From: Candidatus Thalassarchaeaceae archaeon
Lineage (GTDB): Archaea > Thermoplasmatota > Poseidoniia > Poseidoniales > Thalassarchaeaceae
NCBI GenBank assembly: GCA_029940695.1
Contig: JAPYUP010000003.1
Coordinates: forward strand, 14,100-78,099
Direction of reading: 5' to 3'
Length of the DNA stretch: 64,000 nucleotides
The notes under the pieces were generated by a model. That model was given only the letters and a program-made list of their open reading frames with translations, was not told the origin of the DNA and did not search any database. Shown in pieces: positions 45,101-54,919 of the stretch. The first letter of the stretch is position 1. The number at the start of each line of letters is the position of its first letter. The translations under genes were made by a program, and so were the position numbers.

Positions 45101-46498
45101 CTAACTGTCGTCCTCTTCCTCTTCTGCAGATTCCGAAGGACCCCATTCTGCATCGGGCGAACCTCCAGACCACTCTCCGAAGACCGCGATGTCCTCGATG
45201 TCTTCGTCCTCCCTCCAAGGCGGATCCCCGTCAGAACCGCTGATGATTAGGCAGCCCTCCTCGTCCAGCCTCCTCCTGAGCGTCGCAGCGCCCCTCCTCA
45301 CCGGCAGCAAGTGACCGATCGGGGATCCCGAGTTGACGAATGGGTGCGTCGCGGTGCTAATCAGGAGGCCACGGGTTGGGGATGTCATGTCATGGCTCTC
45401 TCCCGGTATCTCCGGATCGGTCACAGTAGCGACAATCTCTCCCTCCTCGACGAAGCTCCCTGCCGGAGCGAGGACGTCGAGCAAGCCGCCTTGGTCGGAA
45501 CGGATCCAGACCGAGCCCGAGGCTAGTATTCGGAACCTAGGCTTGCTGGGATATCCAGGAAGCATCCTCAGACTTCTCAGGAGGTTAATCACCCCATACA
45601 TCGATATCTGCACTGATTCCGGGTCAGCTTCGTCGGAGCCCCCTCCCTCGAAGGTGATGCAAGCGAGGTCATTGTCGTTGGTCATGCGTCGGAGCGATCC
45701 CCTCGGGCCCTTGCTATCGAGGATGGTCTCGATGCCAAATGCCCTTGCAGTGCGATTGCTTGCTGGGTGAGCGAGGTTCGCCCGAATTTGAGGAAGGTTG
45801 GTCCTTCCCTTGGCGGCAGTGTGGAAATCGACGATGTAGTCGCTGCCTGCAATGACCTTAGTCCACAATCCATGGGCAACTCTCGATGTGGTGTTGCTGT
45901 CCGGATTACCGGGAAATGACCGATTTAGATCCCTGCCATCTGGGAAGTATCTGACCCTCCTGCGATATCCCGGGAGGTTGGTTATCGGGACAATCCTGAG
46001 GGTGCCCGCGAGGACACTGGGGTCGATGACCCTGTCCTCTCCCATGAAGTTGGGTCCGCAAAGGTAGGTCAGTGCGAGTGGCCCGACGAGCTCATCTCCG
46101 TGAACCGCGCCGAGTAAGGTCACCACTGGCCCTGGTCTGGAGCCGTGTACAACGCTCACGGGAATCGGCCAAGACTCCCCGATCTCTACCTCTAGCAGGT
46201 CGTATTCCAGATGTCTGATCGTGCCGGGCTTGATTCTCTTCCTGAGAAAGTTATGATTCTTCGTCCCCCCGTTCCTAGACCACTTCTTGGGCGTCTCCCC
46301 GACCTCCCCAAGTGCCTTCTCAATCTCCATCCTCCTCTTCATCGGAATCTGGTTGGCAATCTTGATGGGGGCGTAGCGCCTTCGTTTCGCCCTCAGAGCC
46401 GGTTTCGCAGGGGCGGGCTTAGCCTGTGCTTCGCCGTCGGTCGATTCGTCCACGTTCACTGTGCCCGGGATGGATTGGGGAATTAATATGATGCGCAA
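45101..46498 (-). CDS. Succinylglutamate desuccinylase/aspartoacylase (AstE/AspA, M14-like Zn deacylase) family protein with a basic N-terminal extension.
   Basis: SVVHGSRPGPVVTLLGAVHGDELVG (the H-x-x-E zinc site) and DFHTA (second His). The first 100 aa are K/R/P-rich, so the true start is possibly internal. Confidence 0.65.
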   Translation of the reverse strand: MRIILIPQSIPGTVNVDESTDGEAQAKPAPAKPALRAKRRRYAPIKIANQIPMKRRMEIEKALGEVGETPKKWSRNGGTKNHNFLRKRIKPGTIRHLEYDLLEVEIGESWPIPVSVVHGSRPGPVVTLLGAVHGDELVGPLALTYLCGPNFMGEDRVIDPSVLAGTLRIVPITNLPGYRRRVRYFPDGRDLNRSFPGNPDSNTTSRVAHGLWTKVIAGSDYIVDFHTAAKGRTNLPQIRANLAHPASNRTARAFGIETILDSKGPRGSLRRMTNDNDLACITFEGGGSDEADPESVQISMYGVINLLRSLRMLPGYPSKPRFRILASGSVWIRSDQGGLLDVLAPAGSFVEEGEIVATVTDPEIPGESHDMTSPTRGLLISTATHPFVNSGSPIGHLLPVRRGAATLRRRLDEEGCLIISGSDGDPPWREDEDIEDIAVFGEWSGGSPDAEWGPSESAEEEEDDS

Positions 46499-46546
46499 GG
46501 CTGGAAATGGGAATCATTCAATTCCCATGGGCTCCCAAGTGGCATC

Positions 46547-47023
46547 ATGGGTTCTGGGACGGGGCAATCAGTCCAAGAGAGGTATGCCCCAAGCAGCATC
46601 TGCTTTGGCTGCGGCCCGGCAAATCAGAAGGGCCTCAGAATCAGGTCTTTCCGAACCGGAGGAGGGCTCGAGATGGAGTTCGACCCCAGAGACGAGCATC
46701 AAGCGTTTCCAGGGATGATTAACGGCGGAATTATCGGGACCCTGCTTGACTGTCATGGAAACTGGACTGCGGCTATGGCGCTGATGGATCAGTTCGGCGC
46801 ATCAGAGCCCCCGTGTACGGTTACCGCATCCTACAACATCAAGCTCAGGCGACCGACCCCCCATGGAGTGAAGTTGCAAGTGAAGGGCGAGGTGGTTGGT
46901 ATCGATGGTGATAGGGCTAGCATCAAGATGAAGTTGGTCGCCGATGGGAAGATCTGCGCGACGGGAGAGGGGCTGTTTGTCGCAGTCAAGGAAGGCCATC
47001 CGGCCCATCACAGATGGAACTGA
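46547..47023 (+). CDS. Hotdog-fold thioesterase (PaaI/4HBT family).
   Basis: FGCGPANQKGL motif; about 150 aa. Confidence 0.7.
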   Translation: MGSGTGQSVQERYAPSSICFGCGPANQKGLRIRSFRTGGGLEMEFDPRDEHQAFPGMINGGIIGTLLDCHGNWTAAMALMDQFGASEPPCTVTASYNIKLRRPTPHGVKLQVKGEVVGIDGDRASIKMKLVADGKICATGEGLFVAVKEGHPAHHRWN

Positions 47024-47068
47024 CCATCGACTCGGTATCCTTTAGAACAGCCGAATCCAAGTCCCCCT

Positions 47069-49630
47069 ATGGACGATGGGGAAGTCAGTGAGATGTCTAG
47101 TCTGAGTGACTTCGACATCGATCCCAGATTGAAAGCGATGCTCGAGGAGTCTTGGGGCATAGAGCGTCTGTTCCCCCCCCAGGCAGAGGCCTTGCCGCAC
47201 GCGCTCAGCGGCAAGAACCTGATACTGGCCATACCTACGGCGAGCGGCAAGTCCCTAGTAGCCCACATTACACTCGCGCACAGGTTGGCCAATGACTTGG
47301 AGGGCTCGAGGGGGGTTTACATCGTTCCACTCAAGGCGCTGGCGTCTGAGAAATATGAGGAACTGAGGGAAATCTCCGCGGGCCTCGGACTAAGAGTAGG
47401 ACTTGCGATAGGTGATCGGAGCGGCGAGATGATCGCCATCGAAGACACCGACATTCTCGTCTGCACCAGTGAGAAATTCGACTCTATGCTAAGAGGGAGG
47501 CCGTCGATAATGGATGACATCGGCATTGTAGTCGCAGACGAGTGCCACCTGTTGCAAGACCCCAGAAGGGGTCCCACGTTGGAGATTATCCTTTCAAGAA
47601 TACGCCACAGAAGAAGCGATGTTCAATTGTTGGCTCTTTCAGCCACCATCGGTAACGCCGAAGAGATGGCGGAATGGTTAGATGCCGAATTGATTCGCTC
47701 TGACTGGAGACCTGTGACTCTCTATTCGGGCACGCTGACGGGTCTGGACCTCAGATACCATTCCGTCGAAAGTCCATTAGGTGACAAGGGGGGCGGATTA
47801 CCCGAACCCAAGCGCCTCGAGGGCGGTACTCAGAAGAATCTCCACGCTCTACTCGACGACACCTTCGAATCCAAGAGGCAGCTCCTAGTATTCGTCTCAT
47901 CGAGGTCTGCGGCCCAGAAGGAAGCGAGGGAGCTTTCCAAGCACCTCAGACGACGAGTCGCCGAAGGTGACGCGAACATCACTACGGAGGACGTTGAGGA
48001 TTGGGATCGGATGGCTGACAGACTTTCCCGTGGGGAGGGGGGCTCTGCCATGGTGAAGGGACTCTCTAACGCTGTCCGCGGGGGGGTCGCCTTCCATCAC
48101 GCAGGGCTGACGGCCTCGCAAAGGAAGCTGGTCGAGGACGGCTTCAAAAACAGGCATCTGTTGTGCGTTGTCGCCACACCAACCCTCGCTCAGGGGGTCA
48201 ATCTCCCTGCCAGCAGGGTAGTGGTCCGGGACACACGGAGATGGAGCACAATCGCTGCTAGGAGCATGCCACTGCCAATAATGGAGGTGAGGCAGATGAT
48301 GGGGAGAGCAGGCAGACCGGGATACGATGACTTCGGAGAGTCCTTCCTAGTCTCAAAGAGCATGGAGGAGGAGAGCACTCTGGTCGAGAGGTACCTCAGA
48401 GGCGAGGCAGAGGAAGTCACCTCGAAGCTGGCGAACCCCAGCGCACTCCACGCCGAGGAGGACGGCGCCCTGCTGACCCACTTGCTCTCACTGATCGCTA
48501 CAGCGGGCATTGATGACCGGGATTCCATCACCCGTTTCTTCAGGAAAACCTTCCTCGCCACGCAGATGGAGCCAGAGACTCTGGAGGCTAGAGTGGATGA
48601 CGTGCTGTGCTGGCTAGCGAACAATGGTATGATTGACAGGACCGGGGAATCGGAGGAAGTGAAGAAGAGAATTCTGGAGAGCGATGTCGAGTCTCGTAGG
48701 GACGAGGACTGGGAAGACGAGATGCCATCCTGGGCCGATTCCGCTTCGGGAATACCGGGTCTGGACGTCGTCCCGAAGGAGGAGATTCGTCGTCAACGCC
48801 TCGCACCTAGGAGAGGTCCTGCGATTTTCGGGTTCCGTAAGGCTAGTCTGTACGAGGCCGCAGAATCAGGCCTTCCTGAGCCTGCGACCATGACCTACGC
48901 TTCGACTGGGCTGGGGTCAAGGATCGCAAGACTCTACCTGAACCCAATCTCAGGGAAGATTATCCACGACGGACTTAGGCGGGCAATGGGCATCCTCTCA
49001 GGGGAGGATGAGATTGGCCAAGTCTCACCAATGGGCCTCCTACACCTCGCTGCTTGCACACCTGACTTTCTACCGCTCTGGCCTAGAAAGAACGACTACG
49101 ACCGCATTCAGGCTGCATTGCACGGACACGAGAGGGAGTTGCTTGGTGAGGCTGTCGACCTCGAGGAAGAGCGCCGGATGAAGGGGGTCTTGGTTATCCA
49201 ATCTTGGATCGAGGAGAATAGTATGGATGTCATTGAAGAGGAATGGGGGGTCCAACCAGGTGATCTACGCAGCCGTGTCGAACTGTTAGAGTGGCTGCTC
49301 TTCGCCACGCGTAGAATACTGGCAGAGGACGAAGGGCTCGCCAAGATCGACCGGAATGCCCACAAGACCCTGTTCGAGTCAATAGACGAAACCCATCGCA
49401 GAGTGAGATTCGGTTGCAAGGCTGACATCCTAGGACTGGTCGCTATCAAAGGTGTCGGAAGAGTCAGGGCTAGGGAGCTGGCCGACACGCTCGGGGTGTC
49501 TAGTGCGTCAGACGTTTCCATGTTGACCGAGAGGGATCGAGGGCGGCTGGCCGATCTTCGTGGATGGAGCCTCCAACTCGTCGGGAACCTTGTCAGCTCC
49601 GCGAGCAAATCGTCCAAGCGACGTCGCTAA
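47069..49630 (+). CDS. hel308: Ski2-like DNA helicase Hel308/Hjm.
   Basis: Walker A (AIPTASGKS), DECH box (VADECH), a SAT motif, helicase C motifs, and a C-terminal HhH-like domain; 853 aa. Confidence 0.85.
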   Translation: MDDGEVSEMSSLSDFDIDPRLKAMLEESWGIERLFPPQAEALPHALSGKNLILAIPTASGKSLVAHITLAHRLANDLEGSRGVYIVPLKALASEKYEELREISAGLGLRVGLAIGDRSGEMIAIEDTDILVCTSEKFDSMLRGRPSIMDDIGIVVADECHLLQDPRRGPTLEIILSRIRHRRSDVQLLALSATIGNAEEMAEWLDAELIRSDWRPVTLYSGTLTGLDLRYHSVESPLGDKGGGLPEPKRLEGGTQKNLHALLDDTFESKRQLLVFVSSRSAAQKEARELSKHLRRRVAEGDANITTEDVEDWDRMADRLSRGEGGSAMVKGLSNAVRGGVAFHHAGLTASQRKLVEDGFKNRHLLCVVATPTLAQGVNLPASRVVVRDTRRWSTIAARSMPLPIMEVRQMMGRAGRPGYDDFGESFLVSKSMEEESTLVERYLRGEAEEVTSKLANPSALHAEEDGALLTHLLSLIATAGIDDRDSITRFFRKTFLATQMEPETLEARVDDVLCWLANNGMIDRTGESEEVKKRILESDVESRRDEDWEDEMPSWADSASGIPGLDVVPKEEIRRQRLAPRRGPAIFGFRKASLYEAAESGLPEPATMTYASTGLGSRIARLYLNPISGKIIHDGLRRAMGILSGEDEIGQVSPMGLLHLAACTPDFLPLWPRKNDYDRIQAALHGHERELLGEAVDLEEERRMKGVLVIQSWIEENSMDVIEEEWGVQPGDLRSRVELLEWLLFATRRILAEDEGLAKIDRNAHKTLFESIDETHRRVRFGCKADILGLVAIKGVGRVRARELADTLGVSSASDVSMLTERDRGRLADLRGWSLQLVGNLVSSASKSSKRRR

Positions 49631-49662
49631 TCACATTCTTCCGTCAGACTCCATCGCCCGGT

Positions 49663-50235
49663 ATGGACAGCGGCCACCCCGTGCCATGGTTTCCAGCTTG
49701 GGGAGTGAACTTCCCCCGCCCAGTGGAAGACATTCAATCAGTCGTCTCGGTATTCAACGAATGGCGACCAAGCAATAGGTGGTTACTGACAGCCTTCGAG
49801 GTCGTGGCCAGCGAGGTTCACCTATGGACGACGTGGTATGCTCTGAGGAGGGGCGAGGAATCTGGATCCATGGTCGCAAATTCGCCCGATGCTGAGTTCC
49901 TCCGACTGATTTCAGGGACCCATCAGATATCCAAGGCGTTTGAGAGGGCGGGTCTCAGAGAGGGTGACGTGGCGGCATGGATCGTATCACTTCCGGAAGC
50001 AGCCCTCGGAGAAGAGTTCGGCGGCTATGAGATTCCGAGAACGAGTTATATCGACATGAGCCTAGAAGCCGACCGTCTAATCGAGCACCTCGGGGGATTA
50101 CTGATGCCCAAGAGGCCGGTGCCCAGTGAGCAGGGGCTTCTCAGACTCGGAGTTAAATCTGAGAAAAGTGGTCTTCCCCTGTGGAGGATAGAGGAGTACT
50201 ACATGTCGCACATGGCCCTATCCGACATGCGATGA
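49663..50235 (+). CDS. Possible KEOPS subunit Cgi121-like protein.
   Basis: NSPDAEFLRLISGTHQISKAFERAGLREGDVAAWIV resembles the Cgi121 core. The track ORF (49564) overlaps the hel308 3' end; the first ATG after the hel308 stop is at 49663. Confidence 0.4.
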   Translation: MDSGHPVPWFPAWGVNFPRPVEDIQSVVSVFNEWRPSNRWLLTAFEVVASEVHLWTTWYALRRGEESGSMVANSPDAEFLRLISGTHQISKAFERAGLREGDVAAWIVSLPEAALGEEFGGYEIPRTSYIDMSLEADRLIEHLGGLLMPKRPVPSEQGLLRLGVKSEKSGLPLWRIEEYYMSHMALSDMR

Positions 50236-50256
50236 GTTGGAGTTGTAGGGGTCAAA

Positions 50257-50538
50257 TTGATAGTCGGGTACTCGGAGCAATCACTGAGTCCAATGGCGAA
50301 GTTCCACGGCTTCGGGTCATGCGTACAGTGCAGCGTTGCATGTACGCCAGGTAACTTCCTAGACCATGAGCGCAAGAGATTCTGCACTGCCTGCTGGGTC
50401 GAGCGGAACAATCCGGGGCATCCCGACCTTAATCAGATTCGCCAGAAGGTGACCTCAGCGGTTGAGGAATGGAAGTGCGCGAAGTGGAGCAGGGGGGAGG
50501 GTCCACTCCCGCTGGGGCCACAATCTCATCGAAAGTGA
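50257..50538 (+). CDS. Small Cys-rich (zinc-ribbon-like) protein.
   Basis: The pairs CVQC...C and CTAC suggest a Zn ribbon; 93 aa. Confidence 0.3.
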   Translation: MIVGYSEQSLSPMAKFHGFGSCVQCSVACTPGNFLDHERKRFCTACWVERNNPGHPDLNQIRQKVTSAVEEWKCAKWSRGEGPLPLGPQSHRK

Positions 50539-50547
50539 GGTCTTCAG

Positions 50548-52254
50548 ATGGCCGAGAAATTCGTTCCAGACAATCTAGATGCCACCCATTGGGAGAACAT
50601 CGAGCCGTTTGCCAATGACTTGTTAGAAAGGGAATTGAACTGCTCAAGCTGCGTTGAGGGGCTAATCAGAGATGCGTCCCATCTCGCAGAGCATATCTCC
50701 GAAGCAGGCGCACTACTCTACATCGAAATGACTTGTGACACCGAGAGCGAGGAGAAGAGAGCGTTTTTCCTCGACTTCGTCGGCAATGTCCAACCGAAGC
50801 TCGCGGAATTCTCCGACGCCCTCAACAGGAGGATAGTGGGGCACCCATCTCTCAACGATCTGCCCGGCAGATACGACCTGATGATCAGGGACATGAAGAC
50901 GGATATCACGATCTTTCGCAAGGAGAATATCCCCCTTGGGGTGGAGCAGACCAAGCTCGTCACCGAGGCTCAGGCAATCAACGGTGCAATGACCGTCGAC
51001 TTCGACGGCGAGGAACGTACTCTCCCGCAGATGAAGGGCTACCTCGAGTCAAATGACAGGTCAGAACGGGAAGCGGCTTGGACTGCAGTGGTCGAGAGGA
51101 CGATGCTTGACAGCGAGAGACTATCAGAAATCTTCGATGAACTGGTGGGAATCAGGCACCAGATTGCTCTCAATGCGGACTTCGACAGCTACACCCACTA
51201 CATGTTCCTAGCTATGCACCGGTTCGACTACACGATCGAGGACTGTCTCGAGTTCCATGAATCGATTGAGACTGTGTGCATGCCACTTCTTCGGGGCATC
51301 AACGATGAGAGACAAGCCTCTCTGGAAATCGAAAGGCTGACTCCCTGGGATGTCAATGAGAAGACCGGGGTCGGTCCCGATATACACGGCCGGCCCCCGC
51401 TACGGCCCTTCCAGACGACCGATGAGATGGTGAAGAAACTCTCTGTCATGTTCCATGGCATGTCAGGAGACCTAGGGGGCAAGTTCGACAAGTTGGTCGA
51501 GATGGATACCCTGGACCTCGATACCAGAAAGGGCAAGGCTCCCGGAGGGTACCAGTACTACCTCGAGAAGAGTCGGGTCCCGTTCATCTTCATGAACGCG
51601 GCTGGCCTACAGGGTGACCTCGAGACTATGATTCACGAGGCTGGGCACGCATTCCACTCCCTCTATTGTGGGCATTTGGAACTCATCGACGAGAGGGATT
51701 ACCCAATTGAATTCGCTGAGGTAGCATCCATGTCCATGGAATTGCTGACTCAGCCAGAATGGGACATGTTCTATCCTAGTGGGGAGGCGGGCAGAGCTCG
51801 TAGAGCCCATCTCGAAGGAGTCGTGTTCCTCTTACCTTGGATAGCCACCATTGATTCGTTCCAGCATTGGGCTTACGCTAATCCCGGACATTCGAGACAG
51901 GAGCGGGCAGAGGCTTGGCTCTCGATCCGCGATAGGTTCGGATCTGACATGGATTGGAGGGAGAACTCCGCTTTCAAGGAAGTCTCATGGCAGCAGCAGG
52001 GCCACCTCTACGGGGCACCCCTATACTACATCGAATATGGCATAGCCCAATTGGGTGCCCTGCAGCTCTGGCAGACTCATAGAAAGAATCCCCAAGAAGC
52101 GTTGGATGACTACGCCAAAGCAATGACCCTAGGTAACACCAGATCCCTTCCAGACCTCTTCTCAGCAGCCGGCCTGAATCTCGGTTTCGACGTTAATCAT
52201 GTAGGCTCCCTGATGGGTGAGTTGAACGAGGCACTGTCCGGGATTGACGGCTGA
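50548..52254 (+). CDS. pepF: Oligoendopeptidase F (M3B family metallopeptidase).
   Basis: HEAGHAFH zinc motif with a downstream Glu; length 568 aa. Confidence 0.8.
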   Translation: MAEKFVPDNLDATHWENIEPFANDLLERELNCSSCVEGLIRDASHLAEHISEAGALLYIEMTCDTESEEKRAFFLDFVGNVQPKLAEFSDALNRRIVGHPSLNDLPGRYDLMIRDMKTDITIFRKENIPLGVEQTKLVTEAQAINGAMTVDFDGEERTLPQMKGYLESNDRSEREAAWTAVVERTMLDSERLSEIFDELVGIRHQIALNADFDSYTHYMFLAMHRFDYTIEDCLEFHESIETVCMPLLRGINDERQASLEIERLTPWDVNEKTGVGPDIHGRPPLRPFQTTDEMVKKLSVMFHGMSGDLGGKFDKLVEMDTLDLDTRKGKAPGGYQYYLEKSRVPFIFMNAAGLQGDLETMIHEAGHAFHSLYCGHLELIDERDYPIEFAEVASMSMELLTQPEWDMFYPSGEAGRARRAHLEGVVFLLPWIATIDSFQHWAYANPGHSRQERAEAWLSIRDRFGSDMDWRENSAFKEVSWQQQGHLYGAPLYYIEYGIAQLGALQLWQTHRKNPQEALDDYAKAMTLGNTRSLPDLFSAAGLNLGFDVNHVGSLMGELNEALSGIDG

Positions 52255-52301
52255 ACGGCAGTATTTTGCCGCAAGCATCCTAGCGACGCCGAGGTGAGGG
52301 G

Positions 52302-53603
52302 ATGGAGGGTTTCACTCAAGTCGGCTATCTGGGGCGGCTGAGGCTGTTCAGCCGCAATGCGAGGCTGTACCTGCTCCACGTCATCGGTATGGACCTCATC
52401 CACGGCGCGTGGGAGGTCCTGTTCAACCTCTACCTGCTAGCAGTGGGATTCGACGTCAGGTTCGTCGGAATCAGGATTGCGGTGCTCGGGATCGCAGGAT
52501 CTCTGGCTTCGATTCCCGCGGGCCGTCTCGCAGACCGCATTGACCGCAAATGGGGATTCATCATCGGCGATGGTGGCGGAGCGGCCTGCGCCTTGGTCCT
52601 CATCATGTCAGAGAAGGCGGAGATGATTCTGGCCTTCTCAGCTGTCTCGGCCTGCTTCAGCGCCCTCCACCACGTGACCGAGTCGCCGTTCATGGCCGAG
52701 AACTCGGAGCCCGAGGAGAGGATACACCTGTTCAGCGTGGAACAGGGGCTGGCAACCCTGGCCGCGATGGCCGGGGCCCTGATTGCGGGGTTCCTTCCAG
52801 GACATCTGATGAGCACAGAGGGCATGACACTGGTGGATGCATACAGGTGGGCCGTCCATATCGGAATCGCCTGGTGGTTCCTCTCGCTTATTCCGGCTGT
52901 CATGCTCAGGAGACACGTCTCAGAGGAGGTGGCCAGAGCCAGATCCGAGGTCGTGAAGAAGGAGCACGAAGGTTGGATGTCTGCGATACGGACCCCTAAG
53001 ACAGTGTACCGTTTTGTCGTGATTGGTGCTCTGCTCTCCCTCGGAGGGGGCTTCGTGCTTCGTCTGGCAAATGTCTTCTTCCATTACGACCTGCATGCAC
53101 ACGAGCACGAAATAGGCATGGTGTTCGCAGCAGGCTCGTTCTTCCTAGCCATCGGTGCCTTCGCCGTGCCTTTGGTTGTAGAAAGAGTGGGAGAGGTGGC
53201 TACGATAGTGTGGACGAGGTTCGCTGCAATTCCGTTCATCCTTCTGATCGGGTACGCGCCTGAGCTCGCCGCACCAGAGACAGTGGTCTCGCTGGCTGGT
53301 CTGGCTTGGGTCCTGAGAACCACTCTTTTCAATATGTCAGGTCCAGCATTCGAGGCCTTCAGCATGGGTCAACTGCACCCTACTGAGAGGGCGACCTACA
53401 TCGGAATCTCGCATCTGTTCGGAAGCGCGATGGCCGCTGTTGGCGGCTATCTGGGGGCCGTCCTGATGTACAATGGAGACTTTCGCACGCCATTTGTCGT
53501 GATGGCCGTGCTTTATGCTGTCTCGACTGCTTTGTTCATGCGCTGGTTCGAGGGCACCCCTGGCCTTTCGGACCCGAGCAGCCTACAGGAGTCAGTCCTG
53601 TAG
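52302..53603 (+). CDS. MFS transporter.
   Basis: 12 predicted TM helices and a [13 protein letters not shown] motif. Confidence 0.7.
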   Translation: MEGFTQVGYLGRLRLFSRNARLYLLHVIGMDLIHGAWEVLFNLYLLAVGFDVRFVGIRIAVLGIAGSLASIPAGRLADRIDRKWGFIIGDGGGAACALVLIMSEKAEMILAFSAVSACFSALHHVTESPFMAENSEPEERIHLFSVEQGLATLAAMAGALIAGFLPGHLMSTEGMTLVDAYRWAVHIGIAWWFLSLIPAVMLRRHVSEEVARARSEVVKKEHEGWMSAIRTPKTVYRFVVIGALLSLGGGFVLRLANVFFHYDLHAHEHEIGMVFAAGSFFLAIGAFAVPLVVERVGEVATIVWTRFAAIPFILLIGYAPELAAPETVVSLAGLAWVLRTTLFNMSGPAFEAFSMGQLHPTERATYIGISHLFGSAMAAVGGYLGAVLMYNGDFRTPFVVMAVLYAVSTALFMRWFEGTPGLSDPSSLQESVL

Positions 53604-54593
53604 GCCCTCGGCTGTCACGGTGAAGACCGCCTCTCCCTCTGGCAGGTTAGGGCTGTCGATGAGGCGGGCTATCCTTCGGCCCCCCTTCGACTTCCTGAGG
53701 TATAGGCGGAATGTACTGGCGTGTGCAACGATGTGGCCACCAATGGCCCTAGTCGGGTCACCCCACATGGCATCGGGCTTCGACATCACCTGGTTGGTAA
53801 CCAGAATCAAAGCGTTCTGGACGTCTGCAAGTTGCTTGAGCTCCTTCATGTGGCGGTTGAGCTTCTGCTGCCTCGGAGCGAGCATGCCGCGACCGATGTA
53901 CTCGGCGCGGAAGTGACTCGTTAGTGAGTCAACGATGATCAGCTTGACGTCGATGTTCTTGGACATTCTCTTAATCTCATCAACGAGTAGTATCTGGTGC
54001 GCTGAGTTGTATGCGCGGGCAACGTGAATCCTGTCAAGAGCGTCCTGTGGGTCTATCCCGACCGCTTCAGACATCTGCGCTATGCGCTCGGGTCTGAATG
54101 TGTCCTCAGTGTCAATGTAGAACACCTCGCCATCGAAGCCGCCCTGGTCAAAAGGCAGAATCGTGTTTACAGCGAGCTGATGGCCAATCTGCGTCTTGCC
54201 GCTTCCGAACTCACCGAACACCTCGACGATGGCCTGAGTCTCGAAGCCGCCGCCCAGAAGCTCATCCAACGAAGCCGTGCCGGAGGTCAGCTTCTGCACC
54301 CTGCGACGGCGTTCCAACAGTGCTACACCACTGACGAAGCCGCCTATGTTCGCCAGCTTCTTCGCTCCTTGGATGATCCTAGCAGACACGGCCTCGCCTA
54401 ACTCTGCCTGCTCTGCCAGCTCCGACGGGCTCATCACGGCGATAGCCAGCAGATCTTCGAAGCCGGCCTCGCGTAGCTTCTCGGCGGTTGCTGGGCCAAC
54501 TCCGGGTAAATCCTCGATGGTCGGCTCTGACTCGTCCACATCTATCACGAGGTCTTCCTCATTGATCTTCTCACTCGCTGTTTCCTCTGTCAT
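53592..54593 (-). CDS. radA: DNA repair and recombination protein RadA.
   Basis: N-terminal HhH ([12 protein letters not shown]), Walker [10 protein letters not shown], Walker B LIIVDS; 333 aa. Confidence 0.9.
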   Translation of the reverse strand: MTEETASEKINEEDLVIDVDESEPTIEDLPGVGPATAEKLREAGFEDLLAIAVMSPSELAEQAELGEAVSARIIQGAKKLANIGGFVSGVALLERRRRVQKLTSGTASLDELLGGGFETQAIVEVFGEFGSGKTQIGHQLAVNTILPFDQGGFDGEVFYIDTEDTFRPERIAQMSEAVGIDPQDALDRIHVARAYNSAHQILLVDEIKRMSKNIDVKLIIVDSLTSHFRAEYIGRGMLAPRQQKLNRHMKELKQLADVQNALILVTNQVMSKPDAMWGDPTRAIGGHIVAHASTFRLYLRKSKGGRRIARLIDSPNLPEGEAVFTVTAEGLQD

Positions 54594-54659
54594 TCATCCC
54601 ACTCTTCTGGCTACAGTTCGATCTCGGTGGTATATGAACAAGAGAATGACCCCCGGGGA

Positions 54660-54728
54660 TGATTTGAAAGTATAATGGAGTATAATATGGGTGCAATACC
54701 TTGATTTTTCACTTTCATTACAAATTTT
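54660..54728 (-). promoter_or_regulatory. AT-rich radA upstream region with duplicated AGTATAAT boxes (54669-54676 and 54679-54686), 10 bp apart.
   Basis: Read directly from the sequence; it is the only strongly AT-rich intergenic stretch nearby. Confidence 0.4.
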
Positions 54729-54806
54729 TGGTAGCGGATGGTGGATTTGAACCACCGGTCTCCGGGTTATGAGCCCGACGAGATAACCTGACTACTCCAA
54801 CCCGCT
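54729..54806 (-). tRNA. Initiator tRNA-Met (anticodon CAU), 78 nt, CCA encoded.
   Basis: From a manual fold, the acceptor AGCGGGT/ATCCGCT has an A1:U72 pair. The anticodon stem carries three G-C pairs next to the CTCATAA loop, and the T-arm is GGTGGTTCAAATCCACC. A TATA-like TAAAATAG box lies about 21-29 nt upstream (plus 54827-54835). Confidence 0.75.
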
Positions 54807-54919
54807 ACGGGGCCGCTGAAGGCAGGTCTATTTTACACATACGGAAATGCACTCAAGCACTGACGTGGGTATGCGAACAGTCTTCAGATGTCCCATGCCC
54901 GGCTGTCGATGGAGAGGGC

